A DNA stretch of 63,984 nucleotides, the filler included, from Choristocarpus tenellus KU-1152 (Eukaryota; Protista; Phaeophyceae): NCBI GenBank assembly GCA_964200185.2. It is 12 parts of 12 records of this genome, joined end to end, with 100 filler letters (N's around TTAATTAATTAA, not from the genome) between each part and the next. Parts side by side here need not be neighbours in the genome. Positions count along the whole stretch, not along the records: positions 21,163 to 29,490 come from CAXNAD020004853.1; positions 29,591 to 32,680 come from CAXNAD020022391.1; positions 32,781 to 39,409 come from CAXNAD020007713.1; 9 more parts are not named here. The stretch is one strand, 5' to 3'. The notes below the pieces were generated by a model. That model worked only from the letters and a program-made list of their open reading frames with translations. It was not told the DNA's origin and did no database searches. Below, piece by piece: positions 24,701 through 36,907 of this stretch (position 1 is the stretch's first letter; every line of letters starts with the position of its first letter). The translations under genes and the position numbers were made by a program.

Positions 24701-27589
24701 TACCCTCTAAGATACTTTGACTCAATAACATAAACACAGAATAATTATATATATATAAATATATACATATTGGAAACAAAAACCAAAACGAGCTCTCCTC
24801 GATAACGCCTGTCATATATCGAATACGATCGTATGTTGCAGGGTAACAATATGCGTCAAGCGCTACGTCATCCCAGGCGCGGCATGCCTATTCTCCGATG
24901 TTAAGATACCACGTATGTATATACATACATACAGTACTGTGCAAAAAGTTTAGTACAAATGCAATATCGGAGTTCCAGACAGGACAACGATCCGAAGCAT
25001 ACAACAAAGAAGAACCTTTTGCCTGTTTGAAAGGTGACCGGTGGCCTGCGACCCTAACCCTAACCCTAACCCTTGATGGAATGGCCTGCACAGTCACCTG
25101 ATTTAAATCCCATTGAGAACCTATGGCATCATCTAGACAGGCAAGTTCAAAAGTCAAATTCACGTTTGTACTAAACTTTTTGCACAGTACTGTGTATGTA
25201 TATATATATATATACAGTGCATTTCTAGCCAATGACAACACACAACACAATTTCAGTCTACTTCAACCCGTCCCGACTTCAGTACCGCGGGACTCTTCCG
25301 TAACAAATGTTAACGCACACGCCATTCCCATTTTGCTGAGGACACCATGCAGGACGGACCGATAGATCTACAACAAGTATATATCTTTACTCAGGACACC
25401 AATCAAATTAAAAATCACCTTTTCCACACGGAATGAGATTTTTCTGTTTTTTTTTTGTAAAAGGTGCGCTCTACACCTTGGGAAAAAATAAAAAACAGTT
25501 CCTTCTTCGGCTACACAAAAAAATACTACCTCGAAAAGGACAACGCGGGTGTCGACCTCCCAACAGTAGGCCGCTCCTAGCTCAGGGGGTTCAGTAAAGT
25601 TTGAGCGTTTTGTGTTCTTGAGCGCACGAGAGGGGATGTCTTGAAGGCAACCGTTACACAGGGATATCTACAAACCCTGACCCTAACCCTAACACCAGCA
25701 ACAGGCAACAAAGGAAGTATTTTTTTTTGCTATAGTGTCAGGCGTTTGTATGTACCTGGGCAAAAAGAGCACAAACAAAAAATGTTCATATGGTGTTGTG
25801 TGTCATGTAATACACTGAACTACAAGCCTGTAGAGAGATGAACAAACTCACGGGCAGGAACTTCTGGGCTAGGAATAAATAAACCATTGTATCTTCTAGT
25901 GGCAGAGGCCGATTTGATTCAAGCTAGAGATAAGGGCTTTGGTGGTTAGAGGCAGGTTTGTGGTGCCCTTATAAAACACATTTGATGATGCACTCTCCAG
26001 CCATCTGCAGTTATTCACAGTACACGTATCATGCAGCCCAAGGCTTGACCCGCATTGCCATTAGTTGTACACTAATCAACAAGTACGCCTGTGTGTTGGT
26101 TTTCATTCTAATTTTCATTCTCTCTATAAACGTACTCCATTTTAAAATGACACAACTCCCAAATGCACCCACAGTAAAATTACACCTGACCTTGTAACTG
26201 CAAAGGTGTGTAACTGACTTGAAGACTCACCAGGTTCTCCATGACGATTCCATCACTGGCCGCAAAGAAGGCTAGGACCATGCTGATGAAATGCTTCTCA
26301 TTGTCTGTCAATGCTTCCCAGTCCGTCATATCCTGGATGGGAACCACAGTTCAAGGACAATGGGGGCGTGGTACTGTGTGACCTCAATATAAAAATATCT
26401 GGGGGACATACACAGGAGGAAAGGGTGCATTTCCTACCCATATTTGATGAACGCAAGCCGGTTCATGAACAGTGACAGTTGAGCCTACCTGCGTGTGTGT
26501 GCGAAATAAACGGCGTTATCAGTAGTGTTCGTGCACGAACTTGTTACACACTTCACCCTGGAAATCCCGCGGCTACAATCACACTTATTGCTGATGTGTT
26601 AACAACCATGGCACAGGAGAAGCCATATGGAAGGCAGGGAAAGGCGGTCAAACAAGCTGTTATCTTATCAGGTGTGTGGTAGGCGATGGCATCACCTGAC
26701 TCAGATCCACTTCCTCCACTGTCCAGAAGCTCGCCTTGGCCTTCTTGTACATATCCCATAGGTCAGGGTGCTTGATAGGAAACAGCACAAAGCGGGATGA
26801 GTCGGGGCGGCATATCGGATCCACATACGGAACCGTTGCCTCCGTTGCCTCTGTCTCCATCTCTACCTCCGACAAACCCCTCGACCCAACAAGTCCCTCT
26901 AACTTAAAAGGCGATGGCATTTCCGCGCTAGCCTCAGCCACTGCTGTCTTTGCACTAACCCCTTCGTCCACTAAGGTTGCCATTGCCCGCTGTTCGACGC
27001 TTGCACGATGCAAGGGAACACCCCCCCCGACCTTCACCCTTTGCCCCACTCCTGGTCGTGAACCTGCTTCTCTAGGACCCGTCCCCACGCCCCCTACCCA
27101 GGCACTACCTGCCGCCGCCATATTCCGTGTTCCTGCAGAACCCCCTCCCGACATACTGCGGAGGCTAGTCACCTGCATCATAACATGTGTTGAACATGAG
27201 TGGTGTAACGCGTTCTATAGGGATGGGAGATTGAAATGGGAGGGTATGCAAGGTTGAGACTGAAGCGACATCGAGCGGAATGCGGAAGCACTCACCCCCC
27301 TTCGTACTTCTGTGTCGAGGGCTTCGTCCTTTAATGTAGCATGCGGCATTTCAACATGTAGGCCTTCATCGCTGGTTGTACCACCTTCCAGTGTCCTAGA
27401 CTCCGATTCAACCTTGGATGATACAGAGTCTTGATCCCGCGCCCGTCTCCCGAGCTTGTCTTTGCCCATTCCATTACGAGGAGGCAATGCGACGATATCT
27501 CTTCGCGGAAGCTCGATGCTACAGCGGGCAGCTGGGAACGACAGAGCTGCCACCGCCACAAGTCGTGATACTTGAACCATTGTCCCCAT
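21741..27589 (-). CDS. RNR2: Ribonucleoside-diphosphate reductase small subunit (class Ia R2); 3'-truncated; exons 27589-27296, 27172-26696, 26332-26231, 23717-23629, 22596-22502, 21814-21741
   Basis: Spliced protein includes [33 protein letters not shown]|[34 protein letters not shown]|[30 protein letters not shown]|[18 protein letters not shown]|[21 protein letters not shown]. All introns are GT-AG with consistent phases (0,0,0,2,1). Remaining exons lie beyond the contig edge. Confidence 0.95.
22755..22790. repeat. Interstitial telomere-like (CCCTAA)n tract
   Basis: atcctaaccctaatcctaaccctaaccctaacccc inside an RNR2 intron; similar tracts elsewhere (see findings). Confidence 0.75.
24464..24723 (-). 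mobile_element. MITE family B, full copy in RNR2 intron 3
   Basis: GAGTGAAAGTATCTTAGAGGGTA ... TACCCTCTAAGATACTTTGACTC; reverse complement of 11826-12084. Confidence 0.85.
24932..25192. mobile_element. Tc1-type MITE with perfect 28-bp TIRs in RNR2 intron 3
   Basis: CAGTACTGTGCAAAAAGTTTAGTACAAA (24932-24959) and its exact reverse complement (25165-25192), preceded by TA and set in a (TA/CATA)n tract; CAGT termini are typical of Tc1. Confidence 0.85.
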
Positions 27590-27765
27590 CTGTCTTCGCC
27601 TTCACCCTCTCTTCCCTCCTCCACAAAGGAGGTCGGCCACCAAATACAATCCAGATTATTGAGGAGGCCCGCAGGTGCTCGATCCTCGCCCTATGTCGAG
27701 GGTTGACCAAGTATCGCGAACACAACTGCTTCTTCTGGGGCTGTAGAGGTACCAAACAACATTAC

Positions 27766-27830
27766 AGTAGTAGTATTAGTAGTATTAGTAGTATTAGTAG
27801 TAGTAGTAGTAGTACTAGTACTAGTAGTAA
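27766..27830. repeat. (AGT)n/(AGTATT) microsatellite in the divergent promoter region
   Basis: agtagtagtattagtagtattagtagtattagtagtagt... read directly. Confidence 0.85.
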
Positions 27831-28135
27831 TAGAAACAGCGCAAAGTGTATTGATTTCATGAAAATGAGACCGACGGATCGATTGGTGTTGAATATCGAC
27901 CGACCGACGAAAATTCTCATTTGTCATCAATATACTTAGTTTATTTTGGAGTTGTGAGTCTTGTTTGAATACTTCCAATATCTACTCTATCAATAGTCTG
28001 TCTGTGATCTATCTGTGAACTCGTGGTCTCTGAGTTTAACTCTTTGCTTCCTTGCATCGTTGTCCCGTCAAGGGAGAAGTCCTTCAACGTACGGCCAAGA
28101 GGGAGGTGATGCAGATCGATTTGCCATCCCACCCA

Positions 28136-28711
28136 ATGTTGCGAAGAGGAATCGCCTGCCTTTTCCTGTCAGTCTCAACCCGCGAGACGGCAGCCTTTCG
28201 GGCACCACCCTTTGGGTATTCATCATTGTCGAAGCCACAACATTACTCTAAGGGTTCATGCAGCTGCTTGAAGCCTGACCTTCCTAGCTGGAAAAGGTTG
28301 AAAGCGAATGTTAGGGGATCGAGATGGGTAGGACCAATTTTCCAATCTCCAAGTGGGGACAGCGCGGAAGAGGTGGGAGACGAGGAGGGGGTGGATCAAG
28401 TTGCAGAAACATCAATGAGTAAATCAGGGTCCACAAAAGGTTCATCAAAGGAGGAAGTAGAGGAGACAAGGGAGGAGACGTTGTATCTCCCAAGTGGTAT
28501 TGGTGTTGATGGCGATGACTGGCGGCTCACCCGAGCTAAGCTGCTCGCCGGTTCGGAGGGTAAATGGAAGGAGAAACTCAAGCGTAACGTCAACGAAATG
28601 CAGCTAGGAAACGAGGATGCATGGGCACACGAAATTACCTCGCCAGAGAAGGGATGTCTTATTGTTGCGCGCTCCAATATGTTTAGCGCCACCCAGACCT
28701 ACTTCAACCAG
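28136..28711 (+). CDS. DUF179 / YqgE-AlgH family protein, probably plastid-targeted; first exon, 3'-truncated
   Basis: MLRRGIACLFLSVSTRETAA|FRAP bipartite presequence. DWRLTRAKL and WAHEITSPEKGCLIVAR..QTYFNQ match the N-terminal part of plant/algal DUF179 proteins. Donor CAG|GTAAAG at 28711/28712; the contig ends on a polypyrimidine tract (29400-29490). Confidence 0.78.
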
Positions 28712-30077
28712 GTAAAGTCGGCGAGAAGTGGCACAACGGAAGTCCAGAGTTGCCTTGCGTGATACATGCAGTGATTCCATTACTAGAACAGTGCGAAGTA
28801 GGAAATGAAAGGTGGCGAAAAATCTACCTCACTCAGAAATGGCAAGGACTCGTCGGGTCTAAAAAACTTGCTTTGTACAGATACGCTTCAAACACAGCTT
28901 CAACTCCCACCACACCTTTGGTCTGATCGACGAGTACCTCGTAAGCTACAATCGCTGTTCCAGTTGATAATGCGACGCCAATTATAGCACCAGTTGACTG
29001 GTTCTTTGCTTGTTTCTTTTCCTATTACACCTGCTTTTGTGACCCGGACCAAGTCCACATTACCTTTACGATGGGTATTTGTTGCTCTCGCCTTTCCCTC
29101 TACCATGCAATCCATTGCTTTTTCCGGCCATCTCTGCACTGTTTGTAACTGTGCCGTTGCCTGGGTGTGTATTTTTGGCTGCAATGGTGCCATGGCTGCT
29201 CTTGTGGATGGATAGGTGGCGTAACTGCGTAGACCGTCTTAGGTTTCGGGAAGACACTACTGTTGGCTTCCATTCCTGTGCCGTGCGTCAACCCGTTCGT
29301 TCTCTTCGTAACTGAAAAGGCTACCATGGCAGGGTTGAAAAGTACAGTGACGATGGCTAAACAGTTAATCCATGTTTGATTCCTGCTGTGGTGTTAATTC
29401 CTCTCTCTCACTCTCTCTTTCTAACACCCCTCCTACAAATACCCCTTCCATCTAGCTTTCTACTTCCTTCTTCCTCCCCCCCCCCTCCCANNNNNNNNNN
29501 NNNNNNNNNNNNNNNNNNNNNNNNNNNNNNNNNNTTAATTAATTAANNNNNNNNNNNNNNNNNNNNNNNNNNNNNNNNNNNNNNNNNNNNGACGCCGGCA
29601 CCCCCCCCCCAGATACTTTGACCCTTTGCAGTCTCCAGAAAATACGATGCTTGTCGTTGTTTAGGTTGTCGTATCCATCTTCCAATTGACAAAGAAACTT
29701 TATCACCGCAGAGAGGTTATCAGGATGGGAGGATATTGTATAGACCAAACTCGAGTATGTTTGGAAAAGTCCAGAAGGGAAAGGTTTAAGAACCATTTCG
29801 GGTAAAGTCTTCTCGAATTGTCTAGAAAATAGGGAAATCAAGGTGTAAGGACAGATTCAGGTGCACCCTTTCAAAAGACCAAGATGGTTGCAATTCAAAA
29901 TCTCATGTAACACTTTTCAAGAACAGCTTTTTGTTTAGTTGCTTGATCTGTGGGGAGAAGCGACCAAAAATTGTCCTGAAATATTTCTTGAAACCCCCTA
30001 TGTTGTAGTGCACAGGGGAACCCCCCTGTCATACTTTTTTACTTCTTTAAACGAAGTATAGGGTTATTTTCATACAC

Positions 30078-30107
30078 GGGCTAGGGTTAGGGTTAGGGTT
30101 AGGGTTA
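30078..30107. repeat. Interstitial (TTAGGG)n tract
   Basis: gggctagggttagggttagggttagggtta. Confidence 0.75.
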
Positions 30108-30314
30108 AATTCTGGAAAATGAGTATAGAAAAGTGAAAAGTGGTGAATCCTTGAGAGGTTGTGGTTCCCCAGCGCACACTACACTCTTTTACCATTCTTC
30201 TGGAATATTTCCTTCCTTGACTGGTTAGGGATTTTTTTTTTCGGATATAAGTTAGGGTTAAGGTTAGCGTCAAAGATTTTCAAAAATGCGTGCGCAAAAG
30301 TTAATAACACAATA

Positions 30315-30497
30315 GACCCAAAGTATATCTGGGGGGTTAGGGGGGGTCTACACGAGGGTGTCCATTTGGATCAAAATCGGGAAATGTGCATTTGCATTAT
30401 CCATCCGATGTATGGCAACTAAATCACCCAAAAATCGCGATATGAAAAAATTGACCCCAAATGGACTGCCGCCACCCCCTCCCAGATACTTTGAGCC
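30315..30497 (+). mobile_element. MITE family A (about 180 bp), full copy
   Basis: GACCCAAAGTAT(AT)CTGGGGGG ... CCCAGATACTTTGAGCC with internal inverted TCCATTTGG/CCAAATGGA. Confidence 0.85.
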
Positions 30498-31629
30498 TTA
30501 CAGTCGGGATTCCCCAAGGACAGTGGAGGTTCCCGAAGAGAGGGGGTTCCCCTGTGCACTGGACATGCCCCAACCTTTGGAAACGTTTCTGCAGGAAGCG
30601 TCTTTTCAAAACGATTTAGTCCAACGCCTTTTCAAAACCATTTTTTCCATTTCGTTGTGTGATTTGTGGGGAAAACCGACCCGAATTGTATCTGGAAAAA
30701 ATACTTTGAATTTACATAAATATTGCAACTTTTTCACAAAATACTCCAATGGGGGAAGGGGTCTGCCCACCTCTGCGCACCCCCCACCAAACTCACGGTC
30801 CAGTCCTGATTTGTGCTCAAACCAGAGATTGGCCCATGCTTCTTATGTTGGTCTCAGGTCTCGAATTGGAGCATCGTTTTATCATAGTTGCAGTGCTTGG
30901 CCTTGCACCAATGATAACACCCTTGGTTGCGAGAGGATTCCTGGTGAGTATGGGGAGGTGGTGCAACCTGAACAACGGTGATCAGAATATACGAGGAAAC
31001 GAATGGATGCAAGAGCACGAACAGATCACTAAAATAAGTATTTCCTACTCAATTCTGCAAAACAAAACAGACACAGAGCGAAGTATCCATATCTTCCGTT
31101 TATTGCCTCAGGGTGATGCCTCCATGAGAAGGTGACTTCCCTGAAGCCTCAAAGAGTTTAGGTAGACTTGCATAGCCCCAAGTTGCTACCGCAGTCTCTG
31201 ACCTGCAGGCATATCCCAATTTTTCAACTTTTTGTCAAAACCCTCCAGGCATATTCCGAGAAGCACAGAACCCCAACAAATCACTCCATGTGCTGACTCA
31301 GTCACTAGACACCTCTTTCCGTCCAGAGCCAATGCTGGTAGGAATTTATGTTACAGCATCGAGTTGATCTCACCCAATTGGGATGATGCAGTGGGCTTGA
31401 TGCTGAGGAATGAAGTAGGTAGACTATGAACTAATGGATAGATACAAATGCCAGAATCGCTGGCTTTTAGTATTATCTCGGTTATATGATTCAGATGAAG
31501 GGCTGGCTTTGGATTGTCAATGAGTGGGCTAGGCTGGGGCTAATAAAAAGGATACAACAAGTTCCACAAGTCCAATCAATCAAAATGTTATATTTCATCA
31601 TATTATGGATGGGTTTGGGGAAACGATCA

Positions 31630-31790
31630 CATAGAACCGTTGCATGAAACATATCTGGGGATATAAAGAAAGGAATCGCCCTCTTGATGACCTCAGGTGC
31701 GATCCAAAACCTGCTACCAGTGGCGGCCACTTTGCCTGAACTACCAGTTAGGACCACTTGCTCGACAGAGAAATGCTTACAGTGATAAAA
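31630..31790 (-). pseudogene. Possible protein-kinase relic (subdomains VII-IX)
   Basis: HFSVEQVVLTGSSGKVAATGSRFWIAPEVIKRAIPFFISPDMF resembles DFG...GTxxWMAPEVI...D; no other kinase subdomains are clearly intact. Confidence 0.3.
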
Positions 31791-32465
31791 TTCTCTGTTG
31801 TCTTCATTTTGTGACTCGTGGACAAAACCCGGCGGCGTCTCCTTAGTCCATCCTCAGCGTATTCGGGAACTGTTTAATTATAATTTCAACGTTCTTTATA
31901 GCAATGCAGTTCTTCAACTCTACAAAGCCATGACCCCCAATCACCATTAGATAACACAGCTTCCACCCTTACTATCCCGAAGGTAATTATTGCAGTAGAA
32001 CTCACTGCAACCAAGTTTAGGTGCAACTCACGTGCCAAGTAGTGAACAGCAACCTAGAATGATAATACAAGATAACATTTTGTTGTATGTTCTACGGAAT
32101 TCGTATAAAAAGAATTTAGGCGTAGGGCTAGGGTTAGGGTTAGGTATAGAATATACTTGATATGACTATGTATTGCTGTATTCTACGAGACAACCAAGTG
32201 AGTGACTATTCGACAAGACTGAACTCATTCACTATCTGAATCAAAACAACAATGCCAATCCTTCAATTTCAGCCCGCGTTAGGCCTTCACTCCATGCACA
32301 TTGATTCTATATCATAGAGGGTCCACCCTCCTTTTTGTTATGATCTGACTTAGGTATATTATCTGAGAATTAGATCAACTGTTGAGGCAGAGAGAAAATC
32401 TTTGTTCTCTTTGATTTGTGATCCCATAGATTGCACAATCCAAGTCTTCTATGTAGTCTACATTC

Positions 32466-32499
<34 letters not shown>

Positions 32500-33751
32500 T
32501 AGTGTATACAACAATGTTGCGTTGGCAACCACCCTCAACCGAAGGCAACATCCCATTACACTAGTCAACAGACTTATAAATTTGTCTCAACGTTTCATTA
32601 TGACCCAAAGTATCTGTGGGAGGGGGGGGGGTCTACACCAGGGTGTCCATTTGGCCCAAAACCAGGAAAAGTGCACTTACNNNNNNNNNNNNNNNNNNNN
32701 NNNNNNNNNNNNNNNNNNNNNNNNTTAATTAATTAANNNNNNNNNNNNNNNNNNNNNNNNNNNNNNNNNNNNNNNNNNNNCACCCTGGTGTAGCCCCCCC
32801 CCTCCCCCCCCCCCACCAGATACTTTGAGCCAGCTTGCGATCTCTGGGATTAGCTTTTGTTGAAATTTTAGTAAATCCCAGAAATACCAAGAAAGATGGG
32901 CTGACTATCTTTCTTGGCAGCCTAGCTAGGGGTTTACTAAAATTCTAGAACCATTACTATACATATTTGTAGGACTGCCTTGCAGATGAAAAATATACCT
33001 CTGGAAAGTCAGGATCCTGAGCTTTCTAATCTAGCAGTATCATGAGGAATATATTGTAGTGATTGAAAGAGGAGTGATTTACAAAACGAAAATCACGAAT
33101 ATCAAAATATACAATGGGCCAACAACCCTCTATTACCTGTAACTTACATAGACCATTAATAATAGGCAAAAGGTGAGACAGGGAATAGAAGGTGGAAGAC
33201 CCATTACGTTTGAAGGTCGGTCTCGGCAAAACGGGAAGAGGGAAATGAATAATTTACCACCTCTGCAGGATCTGGAGGACTGGCTACAGGCATCCATCCA
33301 GGTCCTTTTCGCAGAACTTACTGCACATGATGATGGTCAGCGGGTCAACGTCATCCATCATCACAATATAATAATGTTTTCGCCGACATTGCTCTATTCT
33401 GTCATAATAGTGATTATAAGCCCACTCAACAATAGCATCAGACATCATTTTCTTGTTTGACCGCCTTACAGTATTTCGCCGTCTTCTTCTGTCGGTTTTC
33501 CATGCATAGTAACCTCCATTGCCATTGCTCCCTTCACAAGGCAAAACCAAGTGGGGACGACAATAGAAGAAGATATAAACTGCTGTAGGTCACGTAAAGC
33601 ACGAGAGGGAAGTAGTGGGTGAGGTAGAAAACTTGTCCAGAGGAGAGAGGTAACAAAGTAGTAAATAAAGAGGAATAACAAGGTATTTCCATCGCGCGCA
33701 TCGTGCGCATTTTAGAAGGAGATGTTAGTTTTACTGATACAACTCCAAGAA

Positions 33752-36700
33752 ATGTGGAGATGTGCTGTTCGTTTTGGAAGAGATTCTGTGCTTGGGAAGG
33801 CACAGTCGCTGTTCAACTTAGCTTCTACAACCTACTACAGATATAGTGGCGGTAGTTTGGTTGCTCCTGCAATCGCCGTAACCTCGGTTGCTGCAGGACT
33901 AGCACTGGGAGAAGGACAGCGGAACCAAACTGCTGAGTGTCGTGAAACTCTGAGAAGTGAGTCCTTACACTTAGATCTTACTTACATTTGCTCTTCAGTA
34001 GGTGGAGAGGGCTCAATTTTCCATTAGAAGACTATGGGTGTTGTGGCTCTGGTCGAATGATAGCAAGCCTCACTAGGTTGGAGAGGCGCTTCCTCCTTCG
34101 ACGATACAGTAAGGGTCTACTCGACTATGTAATGGATCTCTCGACCATATGCTGGAGCTCTTGTTCCAAACATCTTCTCTCCTCAAGAACCTATGACACG
34201 TCTTGATACAGATGGAAGGGACATTGGAAGTGATGTGGAGGAGGAGCATGCCATTGAGGGAGACGGGCTGGTTCGTATTAGGAAGACTGCGCTCGACTTC
34301 TTGAAGGTCTGCCCTCGTGGACTATTTCTTGGGTAGCTATGAACATTACACGAAGTGCTGGGTAGGTAACAACAGATGCCGTGAGAGTCCTCACTCCCTT
34401 CAAACTTGTGTGGCTGCCCTCGCATCTACCCTTTTGTCCAGATTGGTTTGAATATGAACAGCAACGCTCTATTGTAGTAGGTGAAAGATGCGAGGTGCGC
34501 AAACAGTTGATGTCGTCGATTGGTTCTAGGCCCACCTAGTATGAGGCAGGCGCTCGATATTCTTGCACGAACAAACCCGACCATATCTAAGAGTGCCCGT
34601 TGTCCCAACCTTCTTCTGTATTGCTCCTCAATGTGTTCGCGACATCCAGAGATAGCAATCAATGATCAGGTTCAGACCTTATCCTCTTTTCCCACCCCCT
34701 TGCCTCTCTTTCAAATCTTCACCATCTTTGGACCAAGCTCCTCAACAGTAGTGATGTGAATCAATCGCAGTTTATGCTTTTTCTGGTCTTCAACGAACTC
34801 ACCTCCTCTCCACCCTTCCAGGCCCAGGAGCAGCTTCAACTAGGTTCAGAATCTCGTGTGAGCACTCCCGAGACAGACAAGAAACCACGACGCCAGACCT
34901 TGTACAATGTCGACGATGAGTTGAAGAAGTTTCCCGATATAATGAAGGGGAACGCTTTCCATGAGACACTCAACGGTAAGCATAATCCCCCTTCGCAATG
35001 CTTGATGCGAGACCTACACGCGATACCAGCACAGGGGCGTCTCAAGTCGACTCTTCAGTTCCTCACACTTTGTAACAACAAACCGAAACAGATATGGTTT
35101 TGAGAGTATGCATGTCAGCATCCGAGGCACCTATGTTGCTCCTGCAGCTGCTGCCCAATGTTCCCTCATCATTACCCTCTTGTTTATGGATGAGCTCTTC
35201 CTACTTGCCACTCTCGGTACCCCTTTAGAAAGCTCCTCTTGCTGTTCTATTACAATAGTTTCCTTGACAGTAACAGGCGTTGTGTCTAGTAGTGGAGGAA
35301 ATTATTTTATTTTCCAGTCGACGATTTGGGTCTCTTAGGCATCCGTCCATGTTGATTCTAACAACAATTAGAACAACAGCGATGTTTTCCCTGCTTGAAA
35401 CGCTTGCTCAGGAGAGCATACAATATTCTGTCCCTACTTTTTGATAAAGCGTGAAGGAGATGGCGGGCTACAGTCTGTTGTTCGCTTTGGCCCTGCTGTG
35501 CAAGGATATCCCAGGGTAAGTAAAACCAAACTGTTGTGAGTTATCGAGACTGAACAAGAAAAGTGGACTAGGGGGAGATGGGTAATGCCTCTACAGAATC
35601 GAGGGCTGATTAATGTTTGAGGTGTTTCTTGCATCCTTTGAATTGTGTTTGTTTTCTCCAGATGGTAATTTTCTGTTTGATGCAGGGTAGCATGCACTAC
35701 AGGATGCTGTGTATTGTGCACTATCCAGCATATGTGCACTAGTTAAAAGAGCTCTTGGAAGTGCTAACTTGATATGTGGGATGTAATTTTATAGCATGTT
35801 CCAGGCTCATTTCTTCTTGAATGATAATCCTTAAGTGTTTTGTTGTACATTGCAGGTAGGTATCTTTCCCAGTAGCCCACTGGCCTCAACAGGACACAAA
35901 CATCAAAAATCAATTATTTCCCTTGGCTTCTCCTGAGTTATGGAGGCATGAGGAACAGGATGCATCCTCTTCGAGACTCTTTTTCAGGCCACTCCTTGAC
36001 CTCAGGATTGCCAATCTGTGTCCCCAAATACTCCTTGATCGATTGATTAACACCCTTTATTAACCCACATTCCTGCTCCCCCCCCTCTGCTGCTGCGTAC
36101 TCCCTGGATGACGTACATAGCTTGTGCATGGAGGTGTAACAGCACTAACCTTTGACCAGTTGTTTGGGTGGGCGCTCTTCTTTCGAGACATCACCAACGC
36201 CTTTACTGCATACTTGAAGGTGAAGTTCCATGTGTAGTAGGAGTTGCACATCTTACATCTTGCTCTTGTCTCCTCTTTGACCCTTCCGTGCGGTGGGTGC
36301 TTCAGGGGACGGGGGGGACAGGGGGGGACAGGGGGTGGAGGTTTTGATCATTTTCATGGATTTCGACGTATTCCTGTCCAGAAGTGTCGCACTAGTGGTG
36401 ACTCTGCGTGTGTACTAGTTTTCCCACCTGCTGTGCGACTTCATGCTATCCACTATAGGTGTAGAGTACTCAAAGGTGTAGAGTACTCAAAAGGTGTAGA
36501 GTAATCAAAGGTGTAGAGTACTCAAAGGTGTAAGGTACTCAAAGGTGTAGAGTACTCAAAGGTGTAGAGTACTCAAAGGTGTAGAGCACTCAAAGATGTA
36601 GAGCACTCAAGAGCGGGATGATGGTGGTTGAGAGGCATCAACAATAACATTCCGACACTTTCCTCCGCAGGTGGACTACAAGATGCCGATCCCATGCGAG

Positions 36701-36907
36701 ACAATTGGAGTTGTTGACGTTAGTGTCTATTGCACTGAGGGGAGAAAGATATTTCTGCGGGGTAGTCTCCAGAGCCTGGATGGAACCATCACCTATGCTA
36801 TGGCTGATGCGCTTTTTGTTATGCCCAAGCCTGTTGAGCAGGTCAAAGTTGCTGTGGTCCCCACTGCAGAAGTGGAGGGGGGCACCTCCCCCGGAGTTGA
36901 AGATTGA
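33752..36907 (+). CDS. Hot-dog-fold acyl-CoA thioesterase (PaaI/THEM4-like), complete; exons 33752-33956, 34212-34306, 34822-34975, 35412-35515, 36121-36219, 36671-36907
   Basis: Six GT-AG exons with matching phases (1,0,1,0,0). Core VVRFGPAVQGYPR|LVHGGVTALTFDQ..FTAYLK|VDYKMPIP..EGRKIFLRG..ADALFV is the HGG-motif thioesterase. The Arg-rich N-terminus MWRCAVRFGR.. suggests mitochondrial targeting (inference). Confidence 0.88.
36457..36610. repeat. Minisatellite, about 8.5 x 18 bp (AAAGGTGTAGAGTACTC-like) in thioesterase intron 5
   Basis: Head-to-tail units with no spacers. Confidence 0.92.

Noticed and set aside
21741-27589. RNR2 as a giant-virus (NCLDV) insertion marker
   Set aside because: Five long canonical spliceosomal introns, a host-type neighbour gene and no viral core genes.
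30358-30981. 207-aa ORF as a gene
   Set aside because: Starts inside a family-A MITE (same peptide at 47018 and 47401) and has no recognisable domain.
36457-36610. CRISPR-like array
   Set aside because: Units are contiguous with no unique spacers, no cas genes, and it lies in a spliceosomal intron.
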